From Chthoniobacteraceae bacterium (GTDB taxonomy: Bacteria; Verrucomicrobiota; Verrucomicrobiia; Chthoniobacterales; Chthoniobacteraceae): a stretch of 64,000 nucleotides of DNA. Location of the stretch: assembly GCA_040081625.1 (NCBI GenBank), contig JBEBGD010000011.1, positions 28,785-92,784 of the forward strand, written 5' to 3'. The notes beneath the pieces are model-generated. The model saw only the letters and a list, made by a program, of their open reading frames with translations, ran no database searches and was not told the DNA's origin. This document shows positions 31,063-40,951 of this stretch, in pieces. Within the stretch, counting starts at the first letter, position 1; the number at the start of each line of letters is the position of its first letter. A program made the position numbers and the translations under genes.

Positions 31063-31760
31063 GGGAGTTCGCGGATGCGGAGTTTGCGGAAGATGATCGG
31101 TGAGCCTTCGCTCTCGAGGCAGAGGAAGCCCTGCGCGGGATCGCACGCGGTGCCGCCGGAGACTTCCTCGCCATTCACCCACAGCCGCACTTCGCCGTTG
31201 ATCGCGCGGATGTAGTATTGGTTCCACTCGCCGCTGCCTTTCGCGAGATGCTTGCGCGGGAAGCTGCGGCTGCCATCGGGCGAGAGCGGTGGGAAGGGCG
31301 TCATCTTCACGCCGACGGGGAAGACGTCGCCGTTCGTGCCGAACCAATCGGTCTTCCCGCCGCGCGCGGCGACCTGCTCGGTGTAGCCGTGGTCGAGCAC
31401 CTGCACTTCGATCCCGCGTGGCAGGCCGGGTTTGCCCGCGGCGGTGAGCCTCTCGATCGACTCTGGCGTGGCCCACACGAAGACGCCGGAATTTCCGCCG
31501 GGCTTTTGATGGCTCCACTCGACGACGAGTTCGAAGTTGCGGACCTCCTTTGTCGTGCGGATGACGCTGGTCGGTTTGCCCGTGCAATGCAGCGCGCCGT
31601 CCTTCCACGACCATGTGTCGTCGGCGCTGTTGACCTTCGTGAAATCCTCCGCCGTCAGCGCGCGCCAGCCGGGTTGTTCGTCGTCGATGACGGCGCGGAC
31701 GGGTGACTGCGCGAGCGCAGGAGTGGCGAACAAGGCGAGGGTCAGGAGGGCGAGGCGCAT
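31059..31760 (-). CDS. DUF1080 (3-keto-disaccharide hydrolase family) protein
   Basis: NFELVVEW, GNSGVF, IEVQVLD, GEWNQY, GFLCLESEG..I.FRKLRI; signal peptide. Confidence 0.9.
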   Translation of the reverse strand: MRLALLTLALFATPALAQSPVRAVIDDEQPGWRALTAEDFTKVNSADDTWSWKDGALHCTGKPTSVIRTTKEVRNFELVVEWSHQKPGGNSGVFVWATPESIERLTAAGKPGLPRGIEVQVLDHGYTEQVAARGGKTDWFGTNGDVFPVGVKMTPFPPLSPDGSRSFPRKHLAKGSGEWNQYYIRAINGEVRLWVNGEEVSGGTACDPAQGFLCLESEGSPIIFRKLRIRELP

Positions 31761-31802
31761 ACGGGGAGAGTGAGAGGATTTAGTGCGGGGGCTTAGTTTG
31801 GA

Positions 31803-31876
31803 ACCACAGAGACACAGAGAACACTGAGATGGATTTGTGCGATCACGAAGCCGTATCGAGTCGTCTTCTCTGTGGT
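31803..31876. repeat. REP/MITE-like element with 10-bp terminal inverted repeats
   Basis: ACCACAGAGA (31803-31812) and TCTCTGTGGT (31867-31876); the left arm is built of three 9-bp units ACCACAGAG-ACACAGAGA-ACACTGAGA. Confidence 0.6.
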
Positions 31877-31880
31877 AAAA

Positions 31881-33236
31881 TCAGTTCCCACGCTTCTTCT
31901 TGCCGCCCGAATTGTAATCGCGCCACCACGGCGGGCCTTCGGCTTCGATCTCGGCGTTGAGCTTCACGAGCGCGGCTTTCATCTCGGCAAATTTCGCGGG
32001 CTCGCTCGCTCTGAGTTCTTTCTTCTCCTGCCAGTCCGCTTGCAGGTTGTAGAGTTCGAACTTCGTCAGCGCTTCGTCGGCGAGGATCTTCCAGTCGCCG
32101 ATTCGCATCGCGGTCTTCAGCGGCTCGGGCGCGATGGTGCAGCGCCAGTAGAGCGGGCGAGCACGCTCGACGGGCTTTCCTTCGAGCGCGGCGAGCAGGT
32201 TGCCGCCGTCGAGCACGCGGTCTTTCGGCAAGGCCGCGCCCGCTGCGGTGGCGACGGTCACGAAAATGTCCGAGCCGATCACCGGCACATCGCTCGTCGA
32301 GCCGGGCTTCGTCTTCCCCGGCCAGCGCACGAGGCCCGGCACGCGGATCCCGCCCTCATACACGGCGCGCTTGCGTCCGCGCAGCCCGCCGCTCGATCCG
32401 CGACCGGGCGACTTGATGCCGTCGCCCTCGGGGCCGTTGTCGGAGGTGAAGATGACGATCGTGTCGCCGGCGAGCTTGAGCTCATCGAGCGCGCGCATGA
32501 GCTGGCCGAAGGCGTGATCGAGCTGCGTCACGTTCGCGTGATGCTCGCGCTGCACATCGTCGGTGAGCTGCGGATACTTCGCCTTAAACTCCGGCGCGGA
32601 CTTGATCGGGTAATGCGGCTCGTGCGTCCACACGCTGAGCAGGAAGGGCTTCGACTTGTCGCGATGTTCCTTCAGCCACGTGATCGCCTCCTTCACGATG
32701 AACGGCGCGGAGTAGTCCTCGACCTTGCCGATCGGCTCGCCGTTGCGGACGAAGTTCACCGGGTGCTCGTGCGAAGGCGCGGCGTTGTTCTGCGTCGCGA
32801 GCCACCAGTCGTAGCCGTGGTCGTTCGGCTGCGGCTGCGTCGGCTTGTTGAAGTGCGAGTTGAGGTGCCACTTGCCGACGTGGCACGTCGTGTAGCCCAC
32901 GGTCTTGAGCAGCTTCGGCAGCGCGACCTCGCTCGTGCGCAGGTGGATCTCGCGCCCCTCGGGGATCCAGGTGAACACGCCATTCCGATACGGCGTCCGC
33001 CCCGTGAGAATCGCCGAGCGCGACGGCGAACACACCGCGCTCGCCGAGTAGCACTGCGTCAGCCGCGTCCCCTGCTTCGCGAAGGCGTCGAGGTTCGGCG
33101 TCTGGATGACCGGATGCCCCTGGCAACCGAGATCGCCCCAGCCGAGATCGTCGGCGAGAAAGACGACGACGTTCGGCGCGGCGAAGGCGGAGGACGTGAG
33201 GGCGAGAAGCGCGAGGAAGCGGAGGGTGGTTTTCAT
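31881..33236 (-). CDS. Sulfatase (S1, arylsulfatase-like)
   Basis: PNVVVFLADDLGWGD, CSPSRSAILTGR, GKWHL, SDNGP, GRKRAVYEGGIR. Confidence 0.94.
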   Translation of the reverse strand: MKTTLRFLALLALTSSAFAAPNVVVFLADDLGWGDLGCQGHPVIQTPNLDAFAKQGTRLTQCYSASAVCSPSRSAILTGRTPYRNGVFTWIPEGREIHLRTSEVALPKLLKTVGYTTCHVGKWHLNSHFNKPTQPQPNDHGYDWWLATQNNAAPSHEHPVNFVRNGEPIGKVEDYSAPFIVKEAITWLKEHRDKSKPFLLSVWTHEPHYPIKSAPEFKAKYPQLTDDVQREHHANVTQLDHAFGQLMRALDELKLAGDTIVIFTSDNGPEGDGIKSPGRGSSGGLRGRKRAVYEGGIRVPGLVRWPGKTKPGSTSDVPVIGSDIFVTVATAAGAALPKDRVLDGGNLLAALEGKPVERARPLYWRCTIAPEPLKTAMRIGDWKILADEALTKFELYNLQADWQEKKELRASEPAKFAEMKAALVKLNAEIEAEGPPWWRDYNSGGKKKRGN

Positions 33237-33246
33237 GTTTGGTGAA

Positions 33247-34758
33247 TCAAGGATTGATGAGCAACGGCGCCCACAGGCCGGGCTGGAGTTCGGGCGTCTT
33301 GCCGTCGGCGGGGTAGGTCGTTTTCGCGGCGGCGTGGAGCTGCGCGGAGAGGTCGGCGATCGTCTTCGCCTGCGCGGGGACGCTGGCGAGGTTGGTGAGT
33401 TCCTGAGGGTCGGCGTCGTGATCGTAGAGCTCGCGGCCTTGCTTGCCTTCGTCCCACTCGGTGTAGCGCCAGCGCGGCGTGCGCAGGCTGTAGCCGAAGA
33501 AACGTTTGCCATCGTCGCCAGCGGCCGGGCTGGCGCCGAAGCGTTTGAAGCCGCCGCCGCGCACGACTTGCGAGAGCGCCCAGCCGCGGCCTTTCGCGTT
33601 CGCGTCCTTGAGCATCGGCGCGAGGCTCTGGCCTTGCAGGTTCGCGGGCGCCTTTACGCCGGCGAGGGCGGTGAGCGTCGGGTAAAGATCGAGGTGGCTC
33701 ACCGGCTCTTTCACCACCGAGCCGCGTTGCGCGCCGGGTGCGACGACGAGCAGCGGCACGCGCGCGCTTCCCTCAAAGATGCTCTGCTTTTGCCACAGGC
33801 CGTGCTCGCCGGTGTGATACCCGTGATCGCTCGTGAAGACGATGATCGTATTCTCCGCGAGCCCAAGCCGGTCGAGCGCGTCGATGACGCGACCGACCTG
33901 CGCGTCCATGAAGCTGATGCTCGCCGAGTAAGCTTGGAGCGCCTCGCGCCGCAGGTCGTCGGTGAGCTTGTCCTGCTCCTTTTTGTAGCTGCCGAGCGCC
34001 GCCGGCGGCAGGTCGGCCTGGTCCTCCTTCACGTTCTGCACGACGCGCATTTTCTCCACCGGATGCATGTCGAAATATTTCTTTGGTGCGACATACGGTG
34101 TGTGTGGGCGGAAAAACCCGACGGCGAGAAAGAACGGGCGATCCTTCCGCTTCGCGCAGCGTTCGAGCACCCACTCGGCGTCCTCGGCCTCGATCGCGTC
34201 GGTGTGATGCTCGTCGCTCTTCGGCGACGCATACCAGCTCAGCGTCCCGCCGAATTGATTCGGCGTGAGGCTGAAGATCTTCGGATGCTCCTCAGTGCGA
34301 TCGACGCCTGCGGGATTGAGCTCGAGCTCCCACGAAGCGGGGTCGTCGTGTCCGTCGGTGCCGACGGAATTGGGCACGTTGTAGTGGTAGAGCTTGCCGA
34401 TGCGCGCGGCGAAGTAACCCGCCTGCCGGAACGCCTGCGACAGACTCACGTGCTGCGGGATGGTCTGCCGGAAAATCTGCGCGTTGGAGAGGATGCCGGT
34501 GCTGTTCGGGTAAAGCCCGGTGAGCATCGAGTTCCGGCTCGGCCCGCACAGCGGAAAGGTGCAATACGCGCGATCGAACCGCACGCCGCGCGCCGCGAGC
34601 TTGTCGAGGTTCGGAGTCTTCGCGTGAGCGGAGCCGTAGCAGCCGAGGTCGTTGTTGAGGTCGTCCGAGATGATGAATAGGACGTTCGGGCGCTTGGTGT
34701 CGGCGGCGTGCGCGACGCCGAGCAGGCAGAGGGCGGTGGCGAGGAGGTGGAGCTTCAT
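33247..34758 (-). CDS. Sulfatase (S1, iduronate-2-sulfatase-like)
   Basis: PNVLFIISDDLN, CGPSR, GKLYH, GFFRPHTP, SDHGYHTGEH. Confidence 0.94.
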   Translation of the reverse strand: MKLHLLATALCLLGVAHAADTKRPNVLFIISDDLNNDLGCYGSAHAKTPNLDKLAARGVRFDRAYCTFPLCGPSRNSMLTGLYPNSTGILSNAQIFRQTIPQHVSLSQAFRQAGYFAARIGKLYHYNVPNSVGTDGHDDPASWELELNPAGVDRTEEHPKIFSLTPNQFGGTLSWYASPKSDEHHTDAIEAEDAEWVLERCAKRKDRPFFLAVGFFRPHTPYVAPKKYFDMHPVEKMRVVQNVKEDQADLPPAALGSYKKEQDKLTDDLRREALQAYSASISFMDAQVGRVIDALDRLGLAENTIIVFTSDHGYHTGEHGLWQKQSIFEGSARVPLLVVAPGAQRGSVVKEPVSHLDLYPTLTALAGVKAPANLQGQSLAPMLKDANAKGRGWALSQVVRGGGFKRFGASPAAGDDGKRFFGYSLRTPRWRYTEWDEGKQGRELYDHDADPQELTNLASVPAQAKTIADLSAQLHAAAKTTYPADGKTPELQPGLWAPLLINP

Positions 34759-36179
34759 GGTTGTGGGAAGGTGGCGGTGAGATCGAGGGTGTCGGCGAGT
34801 TGCTTTTGCAGCGCAACGAGCCGTTTGAACAGCTCGCGCCGCCGCTCCGCGTGCGCCGGGTCGGCGGCGAGGTCGCGTGTCTCCTGCGGATCCCTGGCGA
34901 GATCGTAAAGGCGCAGCGCTTTGACCTTCGGATACGCGATCAACTTCCACCCCTCGTGCGTGATCGCGCGCTGCAACTCGAGATAGGCGCCGTAAACGGA
35001 TTCGTAGGCCGATGCCTTCCGCTCGCCGCTCAGCAGCGGACGCAGCGACTGGAAAAACACGTGCGCCGGTTTCTCCGCGCCAGCGAGGTCGAGCGCCGTA
35101 GCCATCACGTCCTGGAGGTAGATCGGCGCGTCGATCTTCGCGCCCGCCGCGACGCCCGGCCCGGCGACGAGGAAGGGCACGCGCACGCTGTGATCATACA
35201 TGTTCTGCTTCCCGAAAAGTCCGTGATGCCCGACCGCGAGTCCGTGGTCGGCGGTGAAAAAGATCCACGTATTCGCCGCCTGCCCCGACGCGTCGAGAGC
35301 GTCGAGGATGCGGCCGATCTGCGCGTCGAGATGCGTGATGAGCGCGTAGTATTCGCGGCGGTGCGTCTTCACCGCGAGCTCGGTGCGCGGCATGGGCGCG
35401 AGGTTCTCGTCGCGCAGTTTGTGCGAGCAGCCGATGTCGTCCTTGTAGGGATACTCGGGCAGGAAGCTCGCGGGCATTTTCATCCGGCTGAGCGGATACT
35501 TGTCGAGGTCGGCTTGCGGCGATTGCCGCGGATCGTGCGGCGCGTTGAAGGCCGAGTAGAGGAAGAACGGCGCGCCCGCCTGCTTCGCGTCGGCGAGGAA
35601 ATCGATCGTGTGATCGGCGACCACTTCGCTCCAGTGCTTCCCGCCTTCCCAGAATCCGCCGATCGACGGATCGGCCGGATTCCACGTGTCGGGCTGGCCG
35701 GCGAGCGGGCGGTTGTAGGAACTCGGCACGGTCTTCGGCATCCCGGCGCGGATGTCGCGCGTTACGTCGAAGCACTTCGCCGCGTCGGTCTGGATGTGCC
35801 ACTTGCCGGTCATGTAGGTCTTGTAGCCGGCCTTGTGCATGAGCTGCGGCCAGAGCATGCCGGCTTCGCGCTCGGCGTTGGTCTTGTTGTAGATCGCGTT
35901 CGCGCTCCACACGCTGCGGCCGGTGATGAGCATCGTGCGGCTCGCGACGCAGACCGCGCCGCTCCATGAGCCCATGTTGTAGGCGTGCGTGAAGTTCGTG
36001 CCGCGCGCTGCGAGTCGGTCGAGGTTCGGCGTGTCGATGTCGGTGTGGCCGAAGGCGCGGATCGCCTCGTAGCAGTAGTCGTCGGCGAAAAGGAAGAGGA
36101 CGTTCGGCTTCGCTGCGCGCGAGGGTGCGAGCGCGCACAGCAGCGCGGCGAGGAAGAGAAGGGGATTGTGGTGGTTCAT
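34755..36179 (-). CDS. Sulfatase (S1, choline-sulfatase-like) with CVASR signature
   Basis: PNVLFLFADD, MGSWSGAVCVASR, GKWH, ADHGLAVGHHGLFGKQNMY. Confidence 0.92.
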   Translation of the reverse strand: MNHHNPLLFLAALLCALAPSRAAKPNVLFLFADDYCYEAIRAFGHTDIDTPNLDRLAARGTNFTHAYNMGSWSGAVCVASRTMLITGRSVWSANAIYNKTNAEREAGMLWPQLMHKAGYKTYMTGKWHIQTDAAKCFDVTRDIRAGMPKTVPSSYNRPLAGQPDTWNPADPSIGGFWEGGKHWSEVVADHTIDFLADAKQAGAPFFLYSAFNAPHDPRQSPQADLDKYPLSRMKMPASFLPEYPYKDDIGCSHKLRDENLAPMPRTELAVKTHRREYYALITHLDAQIGRILDALDASGQAANTWIFFTADHGLAVGHHGLFGKQNMYDHSVRVPFLVAGPGVAAGAKIDAPIYLQDVMATALDLAGAEKPAHVFFQSLRPLLSGERKASAYESVYGAYLELQRAITHEGWKLIAYPKVKALRLYDLARDPQETRDLAADPAHAERRRELFKRLVALQKQLADTLDLTATFPQP

Positions 36180-37561
36180 TTGGAAGGCTTTTCGGGGAGG
36201 GTCGCGTTCGGACCGTGGCTGCGTGGATCGCCGAGCAGGCGCGGCTTGCCGAAGACGGTGAGCCGATCGTCCTGCGCGCCCAGCCACGTGTCGAGTGTGG
36301 CGCGCAACTCGGCGAGCTTCGCGGGATTCGCGGCGGCGACATTGCGCTGCTCGTGCGGGTCGGCGGCGAGGTCGTAGAGTTCCTCGGCGGGCCGCGCGTG
36401 GTAGCGCTTCACGATCGCGCCGGCGGCCGGGTCGATCTTCGCGGCCTCTTCCCACGTCGAGAAGAACACGCGCTGCCCGAGCTTCACCGGCAGGTCGATG
36501 TGCGTCGTGAAGGCGAACTCGGGATGCAGGTTGCGGATGTATTTCCAATCGCCCACTCGCACCGAGCGCGCGGGATAGACGTTCACGTTCCCGTCGCCGC
36601 TGTGTGTGGTGAAGATGCGCTCGCGGTGGTCGCCCTTCTCGCCGCGCAGCACGGGGAGGAAGGAGCGGCCGTCGATGTCGGCGGGCGCCTTGCCGCCGGC
36701 GGCTTCGAGCAGCGTGGGCAGGAAGTCGGTCCACTGCACCATCGCCGCGGTGCGCGTGCCCGGCTTCACCACACCGGGCCACGAGACGATGAGCGGCACG
36801 CAGACGCCGGCTTCGTAGCAGTTCCATTTTCCGAACGGCCACTGCGCGCCGTGGTCGGCGGAGAAAAGAATCAGCGCGTCGGGCCGCAGATGCGCGCGCA
36901 CGGCGTCGAGGATCGTGCCGAGATCGTCGTCGGCCTTCGTCACCGCGGCGGCGTAACGCGCGCGCCACTCGCGCGTGGCCGGCGTGTCGATGGTGTCCGC
37001 GGGAAGCGTGAGCGCCTTCGGATCGTAGCCGAGCTCGCTCTCCGGCCACGGCACGTGCGGCCAGTTGGTGCCGACCATGAGGCAGAGCGGTTTCGCGCCG
37101 GTGGGCGGCCGCTTCTTCAGCCAATCGACCGCGTTGGCGATGCTCTGATGCTGGTGAAAGCCGTCGTCGGCGAAATGGTCGAACCCGTAGTCCGCCGTGT
37201 GCCGGTAGTGCGAGACCTTGCCGAACGCGACGACCTCGTAGCCGAGCTGCTGGAAATATGCGGGCCACTTTTTTAGCTCCGCGCGCGGCTTGCTGTGGTT
37301 CGCCTCCGCGCCGTTGCGCGCGGGCATGAGCCCGGTGAGCAGCGCCGCGCGGCTCGGCGCGCAGCTCGGCGACGCGACGTAGGCGCGCGTGAAGGTCATC
37401 CCCGAATCCGCGAGCCGCTGCATGTGCGGAGTGCGCAGCGTCTTCGCGCCGTAAGGCGACGAGTCGAGCTGCCCCTGGTCGTCGGTGAGGAAGACGACGA
37501 TGTCCGGCGGCGCGGCCTGCGCGATGGATGCGATGGCGACGAGGATGAGCAGCCGGATCAT
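36176..37561 (-). CDS. Sulfatase (S1, sulfamidase/SGSH-like)
   Basis: DIVVFLTDDQ, CAPSRAALLTG, GKVSH, ADHGAQWPFGKWNCY. Confidence 0.92.
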   Translation of the reverse strand: MIRLLILVAIASIAQAAPPDIVVFLTDDQGQLDSSPYGAKTLRTPHMQRLADSGMTFTRAYVASPSCAPSRAALLTGLMPARNGAEANHSKPRAELKKWPAYFQQLGYEVVAFGKVSHYRHTADYGFDHFADDGFHQHQSIANAVDWLKKRPPTGAKPLCLMVGTNWPHVPWPESELGYDPKALTLPADTIDTPATREWRARYAAAVTKADDDLGTILDAVRAHLRPDALILFSADHGAQWPFGKWNCYEAGVCVPLIVSWPGVVKPGTRTAAMVQWTDFLPTLLEAAGGKAPADIDGRSFLPVLRGEKGDHRERIFTTHSGDGNVNVYPARSVRVGDWKYIRNLHPEFAFTTHIDLPVKLGQRVFFSTWEEAAKIDPAAGAIVKRYHARPAEELYDLAADPHEQRNVAAANPAKLAELRATLDTWLGAQDDRLTVFGKPRLLGDPRSHGPNATLPEKPSK

Positions 37562-39108
37562 TTCGACGGCGTGAGGAAGCGGCGCCAGTTCACGGGCACG
37601 TCGTTCGGATGCGCGGCGACGAGCTTCTCCATCGCGCTCGTGAGTTCGGCGACGAGTTCGGGCTTCTCGGCCCAGAGGTTCTTCGCTTCGCCGAGATCGG
37701 TCGCGAGATCGTAGAGCTGGCCGGTCGGTGCTGCGGCTCCCTTCGGTCCGAAGCCGCCGCCTTTCTGGCCGAAGATGATTTTCCACGAGCCCTTGCGCAG
37801 CGACGGCAGGCCGCTCGATGCGTGGCTGATCGCAAACTCGCGCACCGGCTTCTCCGAGCCGCGCAGCAGCGGCAGCAGGCTCACGCTGTCCTCGCCGGCA
37901 TTCGCGGGCAGCTTTGCGCCGAGCACTTCCGCGAACGTCGTCATCAGGTCCACTTGATGCACGAGTGCATCGCAGCGCGTGCCCGCCTTCACCGCGCCCG
38001 GCCAGCGCACGATGAATGGCACGCGATGTCCGCCCTCCCACGCGTCCGCTTTGTAGCCGCGCAGTGGCCCGCTCGGGAAATGGCCCTTCGCTTCGAGCTC
38101 CGGCGCGCCGGCGTAGGGCGCGCAGCCGTTGTCGCTCGTGAAGACGACGAGCGTGTTTTTCGCCGCGCCGCTGCGCTCGAGCGCGTCGAGCACGCGGCCG
38201 ACGATCGCGTCGGTTTCCATCACGAAGTCCGCGTATTCATTCAGCCCGCTCTCGCCGCGCCACGCGGCGTTCACCGAGATCGGTGTGTGCGGCGATGTGA
38301 GTGGGACGTATAGGAAAAATGGGACTGATGCCTTTGCGGAGCGCTCGATGAACTCGCACGAGCGTTCCGCGATCGCGGGCAGCACGGCTTCGAGACTCCA
38401 GCCCGGAAGCGCCGGGCCCTGGAGGCTCGCCTGGTTTTTGCGCAGCAGCGCGGGAGGGAGCAGCTCGCTTGGGATGCCGCGCGTGCGGTCGTTCTCGATG
38501 AAGGCATACGGGGGCCAGTTCGGCACATCCGTTCCGAAATACTCGTCGAAGCCGCGCGTGATCGGTCCGCCGCCGATCGGCTTCGCATACACTTCGCGCC
38601 ACGTCGCGCGCTGCTCGTCCGTCGGTGTCGCGACCACATCGCCTCCGCCGCCCGCCTTCCCGCCGAAACCGCGCATCTGCTTCAACTGCTCCGGCGACGC
38701 CGCCCAATCCCAGCCGAGGTGCCACTTCCCGATCGCCGCGGTGCGATAGCCGTGCTGCTTCAGCAAGCTCGCGAGCGTGAGCCGGTCCGGCGCGATGAGT
38801 GGCTTTTCCAAATACCCGACGATCCCCGCCTGCAAGCGTGACCGCCAATGATACCGGCCCGTGAGCAGCGCGTAGCGCGTGGGCGAGCACACGCCGCTGC
38901 TCGTGTGCGCATCGGTGAAGCGCATCCCCTGCGCCGCGAGTCGGTCGATGTGCGGCGTGGGAATCTTGCCGCGCTCGGGGTTGTAGCACTGCACGTCGCC
39001 GTAGCCGAGATCGTCGGCGAGGATGACGACGATGTTCGGCTTTTCCGCCGCGCGTAGCGGACCGCACGCGATGAGGAGCAGCGAGAGGAGGAAGGCGACG
39101 CGTCTCAT
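37558..39108 (-). CDS. Arylsulfatase (S1, arylsulfatase A-like)
   Basis: PNIVVILADDLGYGD, CSPTRYALLTGRY, GKWHLG, SDNG, GYKADAWEGGHR. Confidence 0.95.
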   Translation of the reverse strand: MRRVAFLLSLLLIACGPLRAAEKPNIVVILADDLGYGDVQCYNPERGKIPTPHIDRLAAQGMRFTDAHTSSGVCSPTRYALLTGRYHWRSRLQAGIVGYLEKPLIAPDRLTLASLLKQHGYRTAAIGKWHLGWDWAASPEQLKQMRGFGGKAGGGGDVVATPTDEQRATWREVYAKPIGGGPITRGFDEYFGTDVPNWPPYAFIENDRTRGIPSELLPPALLRKNQASLQGPALPGWSLEAVLPAIAERSCEFIERSAKASVPFFLYVPLTSPHTPISVNAAWRGESGLNEYADFVMETDAIVGRVLDALERSGAAKNTLVVFTSDNGCAPYAGAPELEAKGHFPSGPLRGYKADAWEGGHRVPFIVRWPGAVKAGTRCDALVHQVDLMTTFAEVLGAKLPANAGEDSVSLLPLLRGSEKPVREFAISHASSGLPSLRKGSWKIIFGQKGGGFGPKGAAAPTGQLYDLATDLGEAKNLWAEKPELVAELTSAMEKLVAAHPNDVPVNWRRFLTPSK

Positions 39109-39111
39109 CGG

Positions 39112-40944
39112 TTAGTTCCGTGTGGTGCTGATGGCTTCGGAATAGACGAACTCGCCGGTGCGCCCGTCGAAGTATTGGAAGATGACCTGCGGGTGTGGAT
39201 ACGCGACCCAGCGCGTGCCGCCGAGTTGCTGCGGCATGTTGTAGGCGTTGTTCACCTGCACCACGCAGTAATAGGGATACATCCGCTGCGGGCGCTCGAG
39301 GTCGGGCAGGATGTAGCTCGACCAGCGGATGTCGCAGGTCCGCGGGCCGCTCTTGTAGAGGCCGGTCGCGGGGCGGTTGCCCTCGTCGTCGCGCGGGACG
39401 TGGTTCACCGAGTTCAGCGGCCCGGAGGAAAACTCCCACACGCGATCGGTGATCTTCACCGCGAAGCTGTTGTGCAGGTCGGCGGTGAGGATGAAGACGG
39501 GTTTCTTCAGCGCATCGAACGCCGCGATCAGCTCCTCGCGCTCGGCGATGAGCGAGGTCCACGCCTCGTCCTTGCCCTCGGTGAACTCGTGCCCGCCCGC
39601 GCCATTGTGCGGGATCATGAAATTCACCGATGACACGACGAAGAAAAAGTCCGACGTGCTGCGGCGCATCTCGTCGAGCAGCCACGCCTTTTGATCCTTG
39701 CCGAGGAAGGTGAGCCCGGCGCGCGCGGGATTCTTCGGGTCGTGCATCTCGCGATGCGTCTTTGTGTCGATGATGAAGTAGTCGCAGTTCGAGACCGTGA
39801 ATTTCCCATACGAACGCCGGCCGATGGAATACGACCCGATGCTGTCGGCGTAAGCCGCGGGCGTGATCCGCAGCCGATGCGCGTCGAGCACCTGCGCGAC
39901 GCCGAACACACCCGCGTTCGGGTTGCCGGGCGGCTCGTTGTCGAGCGCGATGACGTCCTCGCCCGCGGTGATCTTGCCCCAGTGGACGTGCAGGCTCGCC
40001 GCCTGCGCCATGTCGAGCTTGGTGAAGTCGGCGCTTTCATCCACGAGGATGTCGCTGCCCTTCTTCAGCGTCGCCCGGCCGAAGTGGATGCCCTGCGTGG
40101 ACGCATACGGATTCGCCCAGCCTGCGTAGTCTTCCCAAGCGCGGATGCCGATGTCGCGGAAGACAGCCCGCCGCTCGCGGAAGCCGATGGTGGCGCAGCC
40201 GCGGATGTCGTTGACCAGTTCGTGATCGTCGAACGTGAACACGGTCGGCATGTTTCGCTGCCACGTCGCGAGGTTCACGCCGCGCGAGAGGTAGGTTTTG
40301 TAGTTCTCCCACAGGCCGACGACATTCGGCACGAGGTCCACAATGCGCGGCGCCTGATCGGCGGTGAGCCCCGCCTGCATCAGCCAGTCCGCGGCGGGCA
40401 TCGAGCGATGCTCCTCGTAGATGAAGTCACCGTTCATGATCGAGAACAGCGCCTTCCCGTGCAGCTCGCGCTGCATCGTCGCATACGTCGGCAGGCTTGG
40501 CCCGATGCCGCTCTTCGGGTTCTGGTTCGCGCACGAGCCGAACTGGAAGCGGAAGTTGAAAAGCCCGCGCGGATTGTGCGTCGGCTCGCGATGCGCCTCC
40601 GCGCTCGGCAGCGTGAGGAAGCTGCCCGCCGGCCCGCTCGGCACCTTGCCGATGTAGGCCTGGCAATGATACGCCGTCTGCGGCTTCAACCCCTCCAGCG
40701 TGGTCCAGCCCGTGTGATCGTGATCGGCGGCCGTCTTCACCACCGCGGAGCTCTGGTCGAGCCGAGCGGCATCGACGCCGTAGCGCACCGTGAACTCGCC
40801 TGCCTTGTGCGTCCGCGCCCACACGCGCACGCTGCTGTCGGTGACGAGTCCGAGCATCGGGCCGTGAGTGACGTGGTTCGTGGTGTAGTCGTCGTCCGCG
40901 GCGAGCAGGAGAAACGGCAGGACCAGGAACAGGGGGAATCTCAT
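39112..40944 (-). CDS. PhoD-family phosphatase with internal inserted domain
   Basis: THGPMLG, RVWART, FGSCA, NGDFIYE, FDDHE, IDTKTHR, LGKDQKAWL, TADLH. Confidence 0.85.
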   Translation of the reverse strand: MRFPLFLVLPFLLLAADDDYTTNHVTHGPMLGLVTDSSVRVWARTHKAGEFTVRYGVDAARLDQSSAVVKTAADHDHTGWTTLEGLKPQTAYHCQAYIGKVPSGPAGSFLTLPSAEAHREPTHNPRGLFNFRFQFGSCANQNPKSGIGPSLPTYATMQRELHGKALFSIMNGDFIYEEHRSMPAADWLMQAGLTADQAPRIVDLVPNVVGLWENYKTYLSRGVNLATWQRNMPTVFTFDDHELVNDIRGCATIGFRERRAVFRDIGIRAWEDYAGWANPYASTQGIHFGRATLKKGSDILVDESADFTKLDMAQAASLHVHWGKITAGEDVIALDNEPPGNPNAGVFGVAQVLDAHRLRITPAAYADSIGSYSIGRRSYGKFTVSNCDYFIIDTKTHREMHDPKNPARAGLTFLGKDQKAWLLDEMRRSTSDFFFVVSSVNFMIPHNGAGGHEFTEGKDEAWTSLIAEREELIAAFDALKKPVFILTADLHNSFAVKITDRVWEFSSGPLNSVNHVPRDDEGNRPATGLYKSGPRTCDIRWSSYILPDLERPQRMYPYYCVVQVNNAYNMPQQLGGTRWVAYPHPQVIFQYFDGRTGEFVYSEAISTTRN

Positions 40945-40951
40945 GCGGCGA

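Noticed and set aside
38295..38340. AT-rich patch inside sulfatase 37558..39108
   Set aside because: The frame and the PFFLY motif are intact; too short to interpret.
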